Position numbers and translations under genes: made by a program. A model generated the notes under the pieces. It saw only the letters and a program-made list of their open reading frames with translations, did no database searches and was not told the origin of the DNA. A DNA stretch of 64,000 nt from Azolla caroliniana (lineage: Eukaryota > Plantae > Polypodiophyta), in contig JBHGNT010000002.1 of NCBI GenBank assembly GCA_043228905.1, positions 27,652,001-27,716,000 on the forward strand, read 5' to 3'. Each line of letters starts with the position of its first letter. Position 1 is the first letter of the stretch. Of this stretch, positions 9,640 to 23,340 are shown one piece after another.

Positions 9640-12600
9640 ACTTATACAAGGATGTTGAACCTTGATACGGTACATTAACATGTTGTTTTTATATTCAAGA
9701 AAGGGTCCATGGAAGTTTATAGTTCCATTGAGGTCTTTGATTTGTCACTACAAAGAGGGGAACCTTCCTCCATAAGTAAAGAAGCTTCATCCTTCTCTTA
9801 CGAATATTTTCTAGAGAACCATACATGTTATCATACTGCCCACGAACTACTGTCATCAATGTTTTCCATATCTCAAGCAGTACCTCTAAAAGAGCAAGCT
9901 TTGTTGCATCATAAAGTCAATTGCATCTACATTTCCATAATATCCATAACGTTACCGTAGTCACAGTTTTCTAGACATGGACAGAGCGCACCTGCTAAAT
10001 TCGAGGTTGTTGAAATGGACTAACCGATATCAATCTTTTGTTGTGTACCGTCATGGCTTCTTGAATATCATCTGCCTCATACAACATCAAGCTGGAGTGT
10101 AAAATTCCCTACACCGCTACTCCCCATGAGAACAAGCAACCAACATTGATCGTTAGGAATAAAGAAAGAACTTTATTCCATACTTGTTGAGCCAAGGAAC
10201 AAGACCAGAGGGCATGCTTAGTAGTCTCCTGTGTTGCATAGCTAAATCCACATTGCCTGAGATTAGGTGCTACATTCACTTTCAACGACTAGCCAATTGG
10301 TAATGCTACATGCACTAATAGACATCTAAAAAGAATAAATTTAGAGGGGCCCTTGAAAGACCAAATCCATCTCCAATAGGTTTTCAATTGCACCATTGAA
10401 TCCAATGTTTTTGAGCTGTTGGCGCCATTACATTCGTATACCTTAGTAATGACCTTCCAAGCTTCACTGAATACTGAAAGAAAGGAACCTTTATGATCTG
10501 TTCCCCCAAGGAATATGTCCAGATGCAACCCCCCTGATCCCATAGTAAAGTTGCAATAGGTTCTTTTGCATACAACCACATCATATCACACATATGAGCG
10601 ATAGAAGGGTAAGGATCAAACAACCACTTCTTTCCCATTTTTGCAACCACACTGGCTATTTTGTCGCGGGCTTTTTCAAAGTCCAGTAGTAAAACTGCCA
10701 TTTGTTGTTTATTTTGTTGAGCTAATGCAACCATTTCCCAAAACAAAAAGATATTATCAAAAATGCTTCTGTCTTGTATAAAACTAGATTGCGTATCATG
10801 AATAATAGATAGCAACATAGATCATAATCTAATGGCAATTGCTTTTGCCACAATCTTATAAACATCATTGAGCAATGTTATTGGCTGCCACTTAGAGACT
10901 TCATCACATTGAGCATTAGGAATCATATATACTATTCCTTCCTTCCATTCCGCCGGCATAGTTCCCGTTGAAAAAATTAGATTAGTCTCTCTAGTGAGGA
11001 TAGGGCCAAGAAAATCCCAATAATGTAAGTAGAAGCCAACTCCTATTCCGTCTTTTCCTGGACAAACATCCTAACCCAAGGATTTGGTTGCAAATAAAAC
11101 CTCTTGAAGCATAAATGGTTGTAGTAAATGAGATGCCATTTCATTTGTAATCTTTTGCTAAATAGTTGCAAGTATATCTTGTTTCTTATAAAGACCATAT
11201 TGCAAATAAAACCTCTTGAAGCATAAATGGTTGTAGTAAATGAGATGCCATTTCATTTGTAATCTTTTGCTGAATAGTTGCAAGTATATCTTGTTTCTTA
11301 TAAAGACCATATGTCGTAAAAGTTGTAGCAGACAACAACTGATGATAGTAATCTGAGACTATACCTCGCATCTCAGAGTCATCTGATGTATATGATCCAT
11401 CAGGCTGTTTCAAGGAGGTAATAGAGATAGGTTTACATTTTCGTTTGAACTTATTGAAGAATTCCTTATTAACTCGATCTTGCTTTTGCGACCAGCAAGC
11501 AGCATTGCGATAAAAGAGGAACGTTGAACGTGCCTATTGCTTTTCTTTTAAACTTCCTTTTACCTGCTGCAAATCAGAACGTATAATGAATGATGTTGGA
11601 TACCTTTCCAACAGTTTTTGTAATGTTGCGAGAGCACGACGCAAATGGGCAATTTCTGAATTGCAGCGATACAACGAAACTGAAACTATATTCATGAAGA
11701 AATTATTTGTATCAAGTATGGCATCAACCATATCACGAAGCAAACAATCATCAGTCAAGTTGTATTTTGACCATATCTGAACAATTGACATCCGATGGCT
11801 ATCATCATATAGCAAGGAAGGAGGAATACACCACTGCTTAGAGTATCGTTTCTTATCAAATGTAACATTTAACTTCAGAGGGTCATGGTTCGATATCATT
11901 GACCCCGGAATAATGCCAAGGGATCCGCCCGCATCCCAAAAGAAACTGTTGGCATAAAATCTATCCAGCCGAGACAAAGTACCACTAACCACACTCCCAT
12001 CCATAGTATGAACCATACATACCATACGTGCATTCGCATTCGTGAATGTTTCAATCATTTGTGTAAGAAAAACACCCTCAAAGAATGATAAATACCATAC
12101 TTTTGAATTAACTATTTATTATGAGGTAAATAAGCCTAAAAAATTAAAAATAATAAAAATAAAAAACATTTAAAAAAATTGGGAAAAAAACAAAAAAAAC
12201 ACAAGAATGTTTAAATAACATTCGCATTCATTTTCCAACGTAGGAAAACAAATGTTATGCTAGACGAACACGAATTTTACGTATTATGATCCCATCTGAT
12301 CTAGAAAACTACAGGGACCCTTGTATACGTGAGAAAGACCACACCTTCCATAAATCAAGCAGACCAAAGGCAAAACAAAAGGAGTCCCAACACTTAGCTT
12401 CCCAACCTGAAACTGTAGTAGTTGTACATCCTATTCTATCGGAAGCATCCTTGATCATATTAAAATCACCTCCCACTAACCAACAATCTGCTAACCCCGC
12501 ATATTCCGAAAGAGACAACCAGAAACCTACCCTCTCTTACGCGGAGTTAGGTGCGTAGATATTCATTAGGCCAACCTTCTAAGAACCTATTTTTATAATA

Positions 12601-12760
12601 AGAAATTGTGCCCATTTATTCATAATAGTACTTGCTAACAAGATAATAGACTACAAGTGTTGTCTAAGAGCTACACATAATCCGGCCTGGCGGCCATTTG
12701 GACCAAAGGTAGGAACCCAAAAATGAGTCCACCGTCCTGGTAAAATGTTGTCAAAGGGTC
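9640..12760 (-). mobile_element. Degenerate L1/Tx1-type LINE ORF2 (endonuclease, partial RT, zf-RVT)
   Basis: WLVGGDFNM, SRLDRFY, SNHDPL, WQPITLLNDVYKIVAK, QSSFIQDRSIFDNI, LLDFEKA, and CGFSYATQETTKHALWSC at ~10260-10190. The RT core appears deleted at ~10665. A 113-bp tandem duplication at 11088-11312. Boundaries are approximate. Confidence 0.88.
12002..12288. mobile_element. hAT-type MITE inserted in the LINE endonuclease
   Basis: TIRs CATAGTATG and CATAATACG (rc). TSD CTCCCATC/ATCCCATC (7 of 8). Excision restores FSRSDGSVVSGTLSRLDRFY. Confidence 0.8.
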
Positions 12761-13487
12761 CTATGTAACTGTAAATTGAAATCCACAATGAATGTGCTAT
12801 TGGTTCCTTTCAATATACACTGGTTGTCCTTGGGACTATCCGAATCCACTTGTAGATTAGAGGCAACTTTTCCTTTAAGCTTATCGGAAGAATCTGAATT
12901 AGTAGACGGGACCAAAATTTTATTATCCAATTGCCTCTAAATATGTGTTGTTGTTTTGAGTGGGAAAATATGTTTGTTAATCCTCAAAACAATGTCATTT
13001 TTTGGTCATGGAAAAATATGCCTAAGTGAAGAACTGGGAATCAGTAGAATGAAGCTTATTGTTAACTCCTTAGGTCTTGACCTTAAAGCCTAGTAACTAC
13101 GTGCAGTAACCAAGGTCTCATACGTCACAAAGAAAGATTTCTAAATAAACCCAAATCTAAGTAGTGGGATATGCACTTGCAAAGTCGCATTAAATGCAAG
13201 TATCCATGGACCTATACTATTTTGTAACGATCAGACAAGTTGTTTGTTCGACAAAAGCATTGTTGAAATACATTATACCTTGATCTTTGAATTTTGGTTT
13301 CAAATTATTAAAGCACACAAAGTTGAGATATGGCACATATGTTTAAGTTGAGTATGACAAGCTTTAAACTTTCCCACTTGGCCTTCATTCATCAATGAGA
13401 ACAATTTCAACAAATGTTGTTTGCTTAGAAATATTGGTTTTTTCACCCTTTTTCAATTTTCTCGTACTTAAGTTATTAGCACCCAAT

Positions 13488-13860
13488 GATGCAACCTTCT
13501 TCTTGCACAAATTGCAAGAGTGACCAAACTTGGCATTATCCTTATCATCATTCAACTCGGTTCGTCTATAAAATCCAAATTACTAACATTTTGATGTGAA
13601 GAGACTTATCTAGCATATATGTCTAAAGGTTACATTTTCACCTGTTATGGCATGAGATTGACTATATAACCCCAAGGACCCTTCTTCTTGCATAGATTGC
13701 AAAAGATAGCAAACTTGGCTTTATCCTTACCGTCATTCAATGTGGTTCATCTATGGAATTCAAATTAGTGATGTGAAGAGACTTATTTAATGTATCATGT
13801 CCAAAAGCTACATTTTCACCTAGGAAGACATGAGCTTGACTATAGTCTATAACCATGAGG
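13488..13860. repeat. Diverged two-copy ~185-bp tandem duplication
   Basis: ccttcttcttgca...caaacttggc...gatgtgaagagactta...acattttcacct...ttgactata occurs at ~13495 and ~13680. Confidence 0.8.
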
Positions 13861-16056
13861 AAGACATCCAAAACGCGTGATTAAAACTTACAACAAAAAT
13901 GTAGATATCACAATAAAATAATTGATACCTTCATGGGGCATTACTGCTTGTATTAGAGTTCTTTGGCATGTTTACAAAGCACTCATACGATTGCTTTTTT
14001 TTATCATGTTTCATGATTGCTTCTTTTATCATGTTTCAATATTTTTTTCAACAAAAACTTTGTACCCAAATACTCTTAAATAGAATGCAGAAAATAGAAA
14101 AGTTGGGATTCCAAGATAAAAGAGGAAAGAGAAGTGAAATACTCCTACTTTCTTTGGACCAGTCCTAAATTTTTAAAACTTACTAAGCACCCCCAATTTA
14201 CTACATATTAGAAAGGAGTATTCATGGTAATTTTTTAAAATTTAGAGGTATTTTGATAAATATATGGAAAGTCTAGTTGTCCGATTATCAATAGAAATGG
14301 TTAACGTCGCGATTAATCTTTCTAAATTACCCTCATTAAATGCCCAATGAATAAATTTTCATTATTAATCTCTCTTAATTTACTCTCATTAAATGCCCAA
14401 TTGATTGTTTTTCATGATTATTCTCTCTAAATTGTTGTCATTACTCTATCGTGATTAAATGTTTCGAATTTTTATGTCATGATTTATTCACAACTTCAAT
14501 GTCATCTACCCTTATTGATAGGGCCATTGGGTAGCCAGACAAGTAGAGAAATGTTGATGGTGTATTAGCAGTTCTCCATCCTTCCTTGTCGCTTCACAAC
14601 ATACAATGCATGCCCTCATTTTCATGGATTCTTAAAATCACTTTTGCAATTGCTTGATTGGATAAGGCATATTCCTTCAACATCACCTACATTTGGGTCC
14701 AATGTATAAAGGTGATGCAATGAACATTTATTAAATGCATAACTTGATTATCGAAACTTTCTATTTGGCATTCCATGTAATTTACATTTATGATAGATGC
14801 ATTTCATACCAAAGCTTCCATGAGATAGCGAGAATGGGATCATGGCTTCTGTTGATATTGAAGGCATTTCAACCTGGTATTTCGATCCAATGTATATAAG
14901 AAGATGAATGAACATGCAATAACTATATGGCGTGGAAAATGCTCACATGAACCATTTATGTTAGAGTTATATAACAAATGTGATCACCACATTGTGTGTT
15001 TGTTTGAAGAACGACCTCAATATATATTTGAAGCTACCAAGCTGTTTTGTGGCATAAGAATTGTTACGATCATTATGCAAACCTTTTGGGAAGGACTCAT
15101 GCATTAATTAACCTAAAAGAATGTGAACGGGAAATACAATATTTTAATATAAGAGAAAGTGTTTAAATAAGTTGCTACATGTGATAGAAGGTTTCTCATA
15201 TGAATAAGACAAAATTAACTCTCCATAACAAATTAAAGTTTATTGATGTTTGTGGCGTCAATGTGCCAAATATAACCCATTTTGAATAGCTTATGTGGGG
15301 CCAATGCTTTGATTCTTGGAAGGATATGAAGATTTCGATCACTTACAACAAAATAAAATGGGTCAATAATTATGTCCTGACTCCTAATACATGTGCACAT
15401 ACATTTTCCTTCTATAATATAATGTGGAAATTTGTAGTTAATTTTTTTCTTTGTAGTGGATTAGGTCATCTTTTTGAATAAATGTTACTTTTGTTTTTAT
15501 TATGACTTACCATGAATAAAAAGGAATGGCATTTCTCATGGTATTATACATGTGAACAAGCATAAAGGATAGAAATCTCAATTGTTATAAATCTAGGAGT
15601 TTGCCACCAAGTGGCAATAGTTGTTTTTTCAATTGAACGAGTCATTAATTGAATTTGTAGCAACAAAACAACAACTAAAACTCAAGTTGCACATAGTTAT
15701 CATCAATCTTCATTACATTATGGGAACAAAAAGAAGAGTGTGAGAGTGAAGTGTGTGTGTGTGAGTGAGAGAGAGAGAGAGAAAGAAAGAAAAGATAACA
15801 TGCACTCTTATATGTTTGGTGGCGAGAAACCTTCTACACGAAAGACCTAACTATCATATGTAGTAAGTTGATACACAACCCTTAGTATGTGTCTCTACAC
15901 CAAAGACCCTAAACATCATATGCAAGCAAGAGGTTACAAACACCAACCTTACAAGTGTGATCAGTAGGATATGTCCACAAGCTATTGAGGAAGAGGAAAG
16001 GAAATAGGTGTGTCGTTAGTGCTTGGTTAGTTCTCCCGATTCTCTTTGATTTCATT

Positions 16057-16367
16057 GTTTGTGAAGAAGTTTAGGGGGGCAACAACACAAACAATGGTTT
16101 CTCGTACACAGTTAATCAGAATTCCTTCACACGGATTACTTAACATGCAATGATCGTTAAATGTCATAACTCTATAGGCATCTTGATTCATAAAGTCATA
16201 ACTCAATAGTTTGTGAAGAAGTTGCAAGGGGGCAACACACACAAGCCTCCTCCTCAATGGTTTCTCGTACACAGTAAATCAGAATTCCTTCACAAGGATT
16301 GCTTAACATGCAATGATCGTGAAATGTCATAACTCTATAGGCATCCTGATTCATAAAGTCATAAACT
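16057..16367. repeat. Two-copy ~150-160-bp tandem duplication upstream of the Sec14 gene
   Basis: gtttgtgaagaagtt...caatggtttctcgtacacagt...gattcataaagtcataa is repeated with few substitutions. Confidence 0.9.
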
Positions 16368-16858
16368 CTATAGTCCTCTGGATTGGGCAGGCGCGGGCAC
16401 AAACAAATCGAGGAGGAGGGAGCTGGAATATAGAAGCCCAAATCTAGCTAGCCAAGGTTTTGCCAGGACAAAAGAAAAGAGAGAGACAAAGAGGGAAAGT
16501 GGAAAAGCTAGTGTGTAAATTTGGGGTGAGTAGATCTAATAATATAATGAGGGGTATGTTTTGGGATTTAATGAATATAGTGCAGGGGTATTGTGGTAAT
16601 TCCCCAAAACAGAAGAAGAAGAAGAAGAAGAAACAGAGGAGAGAAAGATAGAAGAAGAAGAAGAAACAGAGGAGAGAAAGACAGAAGAAAGAAAGAAAGA
16701 AAGAAAAGCAGCAGGACTCATCTATCATCACCATTAATGATCGTTTCTGTGCACTGCTCAAGAATTGGAACTCTTTTTTTCCCTTCTTCTTCTTCTTCTT
16801 CTTCTTGGTATTGGTATTCCTTTCCTTTCCTTCCCATTTTGTTTGTTTCATCGACGGC

Positions 16859-18530
16859 ATGTCTTCAGAAGAAGCTGCCATGTTTTCATCTCTACGTATA
16901 GAGACCGATCATCACTGTCAACAGAATCAAGAGCATCATCCTCATAGTAAGGGTAATGATGATGATGATGAAGAAGAAGAAGAAGAAGAAGACGAAGAAA
17001 GAAAGAAAGAAGTAGAAACTCTAAAAGAGTCTGTGGAACTCATCAAATCTTTCTTACAAGAATCGGACCCCTCTCTCCAGGTTCTTTTTCTTTTTATTCA
17101 AATGTATACGTATATACATATACATATATATATAATGGTCTGCGAAATTCTTATAGATATTGTGGGCTTTTTCTCGTATTCTCCTATTATTTCATGATAA
17201 ACCCCCATTCTTTATATACATATATATAATGGTCTGCGAAATTCTTATAGATATTGTGGGCTTTTTCTCGTATTCTCCTATTATTTCATGATAAACCCCC
17301 ATTCTTTATATACATATATATAATGGTCTGCGAAATTCTTATAGATATTGTGGGCTTTTTCTCGTATTCTCCTATTATTTCATGATAAACCCCCATTCTT
17401 TATATACATATATATAATGGTCTGCGAAATTCTTATAGATATTGTGGGCTTTTTCTCGTATTCTCCTATTATTTCATGATAAACCCCCATTCTTTATATA
17501 CATATATATAATGGTCTGCGAAATTCTTATAGATATTGTGGGCTTTTTCTTGTATTCTCCTATTATTTCATGATAAACCCCCATTCTTTATATACATATA
17601 TATAATGGTCTGCGAAATTCTTATAGATATTGTGGGCTTTTTCTCGTATTCTCCTATTATTTCATGATAAACCCCCATTCTTTATATACATATAAACACA
17701 CATATGATACACTAATTTAGAATCCTACTACTCGAGTAAAATGCTGATGATTTCTTTCAATTATTCGGTTTGAAAATGTTATGAAACGAATCACAGTTCT
17801 GCTCAGTTTCTCGTAATCTCCTATTATTTTGCAAAGGTTTAAGGAATTATGAAAGAAAGAAAGGAAACTACTGAATGCTTTAGAATAATTCTAGACTCAC
17901 ATACCATAAAAAAATAGGAATTCTTTAAAAAATTGGATATTCCACTTTAAAGAGAGTCGAAATCTTGATAGATCAAAGTTCATGTTCATAAGGATAATAA
18001 AAAAAACCATGAAGCAACAGGTATACAAAAACAACGTGTCTCTGAGTATTGTACTTTAAATCTTATCATAAAGCTCATAAAATGTATATATTTTCTCTCA
18101 GAAAAACATGTCACACTCTCGTCAGTTTTAATGAGTAATTTTGCACGGTTTAGTAGAAAAGAAAATCGAGAGTCACCATGTGAATATTGACTGATTTTAT
18201 TTTTGTGTGATTTAATAAAATAAATAGAACCTGTGGAGATGATGATGATGTTTGCTTATTCATTCAGGAAGCAGAGAATGCAGTTGTGGAGCGTTTTTTG
18301 ATCACAAATGGTATGGATGAAAAAAAGGCATCAGAGTCTCTCTTGAAGTACTTGAAATGGAGGTCTACATATACTCCACTAGGGTATGTTGTTGAAGAAG
18401 AGATTGTGAATGAGAGGAAGAAAGGAAAGCTCTGTTTACAAGGCCATGACAAAGTGGGAAGGACTTTAGGTGTCTTCCTTATCGATCGACACAATGCGTT
18501 TGATCGCGACTTAGAAGAATTCAAACGTAT

Positions 18531-18564
<34 letters not shown>

Positions 18565-20701
18565 AATAAGACTAACGTTTTGGTGAATTTATTGTTTTTT
18601 GTTTTAAAATGTGTACGATGAATGTCTATCTATTGGTCATATATTTTTAGGGTTTTTATGTGATCTTTTCTTCTTCTTTTTGCGCTATGCATGCGAACCT
18701 AATATTCATTTATATTTTAATTTTTTTGTGTTCGTATTATTGCCCAACTAATGTTTAATATGCGATAAAAACAAAATAAATTTTTTATTAGTTAGTATGA
18801 AAAGAAAATCCCTTGTTATGATGTGGCTAACAAAGTACTGTATCCTTTTGATGTGGGTGAAAAGAATTTGATGTAGCGTGTTACATTTCTCGTAGGTTAT
18901 ACCGTCTATACGTTTGACAAGGCGATTGCACGGTATTTGCAAGTTTTAATCTTTATTCATGGTTTTCATTGAAGTGTCTCTCAATCTCTAATTTGGATGT
19001 CCTCAAAGAAATTAATTTAAATTATGTGCTCTTTGATCATACTTTGGGTCTAAAAATGCAGCACAAAGCACAAACTACTGCAGATTTCTGTAATAGTAGA
19101 CCTGGCTGGTTGGGGTTACAAAAGTGTTGATGTTCGTGGCTATCTTGCATTGCTAGATATTCTTCAGGTATTTTGTTGTTTACTTGCATGTACTCCTGTT
19201 GTTGAATTACTCACATGTATTCATGCATTTTAATTTTTACTCGCATGTATAAAAAAAATTCATATTTGTTCAGTATATATAACCGTATTGCTAATGGATC
19301 TATTCTAACTTTCAAGGAACACTAATTCACATATGTAAAAATTTCTAATAACCTTTAATTTTTCATGCACAAATCTTTATAAGCTCTTTTAATACGTCTC
19401 TACTATGCATACAGTGTCATTGAATAGACGTTTATATCAAAGAGGAAAGATTATGTACAATAATTAGATGTTAAGTTAGAGAAAGAATGTTGCAAAATTC
19501 GAGTATTGTTTTTTGAGAACTCCAGTTCAGAAACATTATTGTAGTAAAGTCTAAATTTTTTATGAAGGCAATGCATATTTGTAACTCTTGTCAACATTTA
19601 TTGAATTGTTTTTTCTAGCTCTTTGTGGATTAGGTTAATCAATGTACATTTGCAGAATGCAAAAAATAGCATCTTTAGAAATTATGAGTATGAAGTAAAC
19701 GTTCTCCGAAAAGTATAAATAAATAAATTAGTGGCATCTTGAAGATACAAATTCTTATAGATGGACCAATTTAGTTCTTGCAATAATGAATAATGAAAGT
19801 TCTTATATTTTCATTCGATAATATCAGCCAGAATTTTACTATGTTAATCCAAAATTTCTTCTGATGGTCAACAGGAACATTATTTCAATCACTTGGGCAA
19901 GATCATTTTGATACATGTACCTTTCATTTTTTGGGCAGCATGGAAGGTTACATCCCCATTCTTCAACGATTTCACCCGAGAAAGGGTAAGTACCAAGCAC
20001 CTTCACCTTTTAGTTCATTGCATTTATGAAATAATGCATACACACATGTTTATGGAAAGGCCGCTCAAAACCCTAAGTAAAAATCTGAGCACATTGCATT
20101 TAAGAGTAAATAACAAACATTAGGTTGTTGCATTTATGATATGTCAATGTACATTTATTGGCACTGCCTCCTGAAACCCTTAAGCGTTAACTTACTGTTT
20201 TGAGAAATCCTAGTTAATTATAGTAATGAGATTGCCTTGTTAGAAAAGTTAATTGTGAAATCCTATATTTCAAGCGTAAATGCATCTAATTGGTCTTGCC
20301 TCACTAAAACCCTAAACCCTAAGGATACGGTCTGTTGTTTTGAGGAAAAGTTTGAAAAGCTTAGTGAATCTTATATTTGAAGCATGTATACATCTGATTG
20401 CTTCTGCCTCTTTAAACCCTAAATCCTAAACACACAGTCTATTGTTATTTGTGAAACTTATATTTGAGGATGTAAACAAAATGTTTTACAATGATGAAGG
20501 AAGAACAAGAATAGATTTGGGCAAAATACATTCATGGTGTCTGTATAACATCTTGTTGAGGCAGAAAAGTTTTCCGATTTTATTTTTATACAGATGATTT
20601 TTGTTGAAGACAAGGAACTGAAATCGGTGTTGCTTGATGAGATCGACGAAGATCAGCTTCCAGAGATATATGGTGGAAAGTTGCCTCTTGAGCCAGTCTA
20701 A
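16859..20701 (+). CDS. Sec14p-like CRAL-TRIO lipid-binding/transfer protein (~280 aa, 6 exons)
   Basis: Exons 16859-17080, 18268-18526, 18896-18932, 19062-19167, 19875-19985, 20594-20701; all GT-AG and phase-consistent (843 nt). Motifs LLKYLKWR, LQGHDKVGR, VDLAGWGY, HVPFIFWAAWK, IDEDQLPEIYGGKL. Confidence 0.92.
17119..17693. repeat. Intronic minisatellite, 6 x 94 bp
   Basis: ATGGTCTGCG recurs at 17135, 17229, 17323, 17417, 17511 and 17605. Copies are near-identical (one C>T seen in copy 5). Confidence 0.97.
20150..20470. repeat. Three degenerate ~110-130-bp intronic repeats with telo-box-like AAACCCTAA motifs
   Basis: tgcctc...aaaccct...tgtt(g/t)tt units start at ~20165, ~20297 and ~20406. 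Confidence 0.6.
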
Positions 20702-22435
20702 GGATTATATACTTTTTAACCGAATATAATACAGTTTTTGGAAATACAACCTTATGAATCATAACAAAGAAGAAACGAAAACAAAGTTCTAAATATCCTT
20801 TACATTTCCCATCTTCTCTTTGAAGTATATAGGTGGCATTTGCAATGCTAAATTGACTCGGGTACGATGACCCTCTCTTGGGACCAATCAACTCTTATTG
20901 AACTATTTTTAACTCTTAAGACCACAAATCCGTTTTTGGCACTAAAATGCAAAAAGCTTTTTCATTTTTCCCCGGAATAATCCCAATTATATGTCTATTT
21001 ACTTTTATAATAAAAAAATGATAACATCATTAGTTTCTCGTATTATAAGTGGCAAAAATTATGCCAAACAATGCATTGTTGGCTTGGACAAAAAGCCCTT
21101 TAATGCAAATACTTTCATCAACGAACTCCTTGCTGATATGGAAGCTTTTTTATTTGAGTGAATATGTATGGGTTGTGCTAATTGGGCACTTTGATAACAT
21201 TTTCCAAACAAAAAAGAGATTTACTACATGTTTAATCCCTAATTAAATGAGGAACATTTTTCTTGGTGAAAAAGATAAGAAACCAAAATATATAAGTGAA
21301 TACCTTCACCTCATTTTATTATTTTTGGCACACTTCAAACTTTTGAACCAAAGCAATACCTCAATGAATTTGGTGTTCTTTTGTTTTGCAACTAAGTGGT
21401 TCAAACCCAATCAAAATAACTATATTTGCACCGATGTTTGCTTGGTGGTATAATTATGTGGTTTGATCTTGTACTATTACACAATCCAAAATGACTTTTT
21501 TTTGAGCTCTTGAAAATGCAATACTAGAGAAAGCCTCTTTCCATCAATCATTCATGGTAGATTAATGCAGTGAGCATGTAGGTATTGCATGGTTGAGAGA
21601 GAGAGTGCACAAAGCATATAAGAATATAAACATGCTTGAGCCCATTTCTCTATCATAAGCTCCTAAATAGTAAGTATGAGTATATGACAACTATAATTGT
21701 GTAGATACTTCTTAGTTCACATCATCTTTTAAGGGCATTTTTATCATTTTCACTACTAATGTTGTGCGAAAAAACTTAGATCAATTTTGTGAAGCCATCG
21801 TCGTTAGGGTAAATTGTTCATCATTGTAGTCTCAAGCTAATAGTTGTTTATAATGCACATGACTTGAAGCCAAACCTTGATGTCATTGACCACAAATGCC
21901 ACACCATGCTTATATGAGTTTTGGATTTTAGTGAGCAAAACTCGTGAACCTATAAACAATGATTGTGTAGAACATACATTGGCTAAAGCCCATGCTTTCA
22001 CTTTGTAAAGTACACAGTGCATTGTGAGCATTGCCTTTGTGCTTTTTTGCAAAGCCATTTCGTCAATATAAATATATATGACAAAGGCCCATCATTCGAC
22101 TTTAAGAATTTTAGTAAGTTAAGAATGTGAATCTCTAATCAAATTGGTGGGATATTTGAGGCCTCATATGGTGTACAAAGACAATGCCTTAGTACTCCAT
22201 TATCTTGTCAATACATAATGATGGACATTATCACATCAATGCATTTATAGAATTCATATTTAGTAGTAACATCAATTATGTAGGGACTTGATTCAAATTA
22301 AACGAATTCCATTTGAGTGATTTTCACATAACAATCCATGTTCCACACAAATGAAAGTGTTCATATGAATCCACATCAAAATAAGTTGGAGATATATTTG
22401 CATGGAAACTTATTGAATAGAGAGCGTGCCCAAAT

Positions 22436-23340
22436 AGATGTAGCTTAGTGACGAGGACATTATGGGTTCAACCCCTACATTCCACGGTGGCATCTAGTGA
22501 ATTAAGATATATGTATGATGTATTAAGTAACAAAGATATGAGAAACTTGGGTTTCAAACCCAAGAAATTGTGTGTGTCGTGTAACAACTTACCATTAGGG
22601 TAAACTAATTATGATGTGTGTGTGTGTGTGTGTGCGCGCGCGTGCATGCGTGGGTGAGTGGATGCAACTCAATTGCTAAGGTTGTCCTTTAGAGATGGGT
22701 TCAACCCCTACATACCATAGTGGCATCTTGAAATTAAGAGGATATATGTATGGAGTAATAAAGAGTTAAGATAATTGGGTTTCGTCCAGTAGAGAGTAGA
22801 AGAGCATGGGTTCAACCCCTACATTCCACAATAGTATCTAGTAAATTAAGAGAGAGAGAGAGAGAGAGAGATGTGGATTAATGGAGAGGTGAGAAAATTG
22901 GGTTCAAATTAAGAGGATGTATATAAGGAGTAATAGAGAGTTAAGATAATTGGGTTTTGAACCCAAGTTCTAGAGCTAGTCGTTTAGCATATCACTAGGG
23001 TAGGTTAGTTGGTAAGGTTGCCCATTTGAGACAAGAGGGTCATGGGTTCAACCCTTACATTCTATAGTAGCATCTACGAAATTAAGAGAGGTGTATATAG
23101 CCTAATAGATAGGTCAAAAAATTGGGGTCTAAACTCTAGAGCAAGCTAGGTTAGTTGGTAAGGTTGGCCATTGGAGACTAGAAGGTCATGGGTTCAACCC
23201 TTACATCTATAGTAGCATCTAGAAAATTAAGAGATATATAGAATAATAGATAGGCCAAAAAATTAGGTCTCAAACCCCAGAGCAACCTAAAGGTTAGTGC
23301 TAATAATCTAACAACTTACCACTACATAAGCTAATTACGA
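22436..23340 (+). repeat. Cluster of ~5 degenerate tRNA-derived (SINE-like) units
   Basis: ATGGGTTCAACCC(C/T)TACAT at ~22462, 22695, 22806, 23042 and 23188. A-box-like TAGTTGGTAAGG precedes it at ~23006 and ~23152. Confidence 0.75.

Noticed and set aside
16444-16901. Low-complexity poly-K/F/R/S ORFs
   Set aside because: They are translations of GAA/TTC microsatellites.
17119-17693. CRISPR-like array
   Set aside because: The units are identical end to end with no unique spacers, and they lie in a eukaryotic intron.
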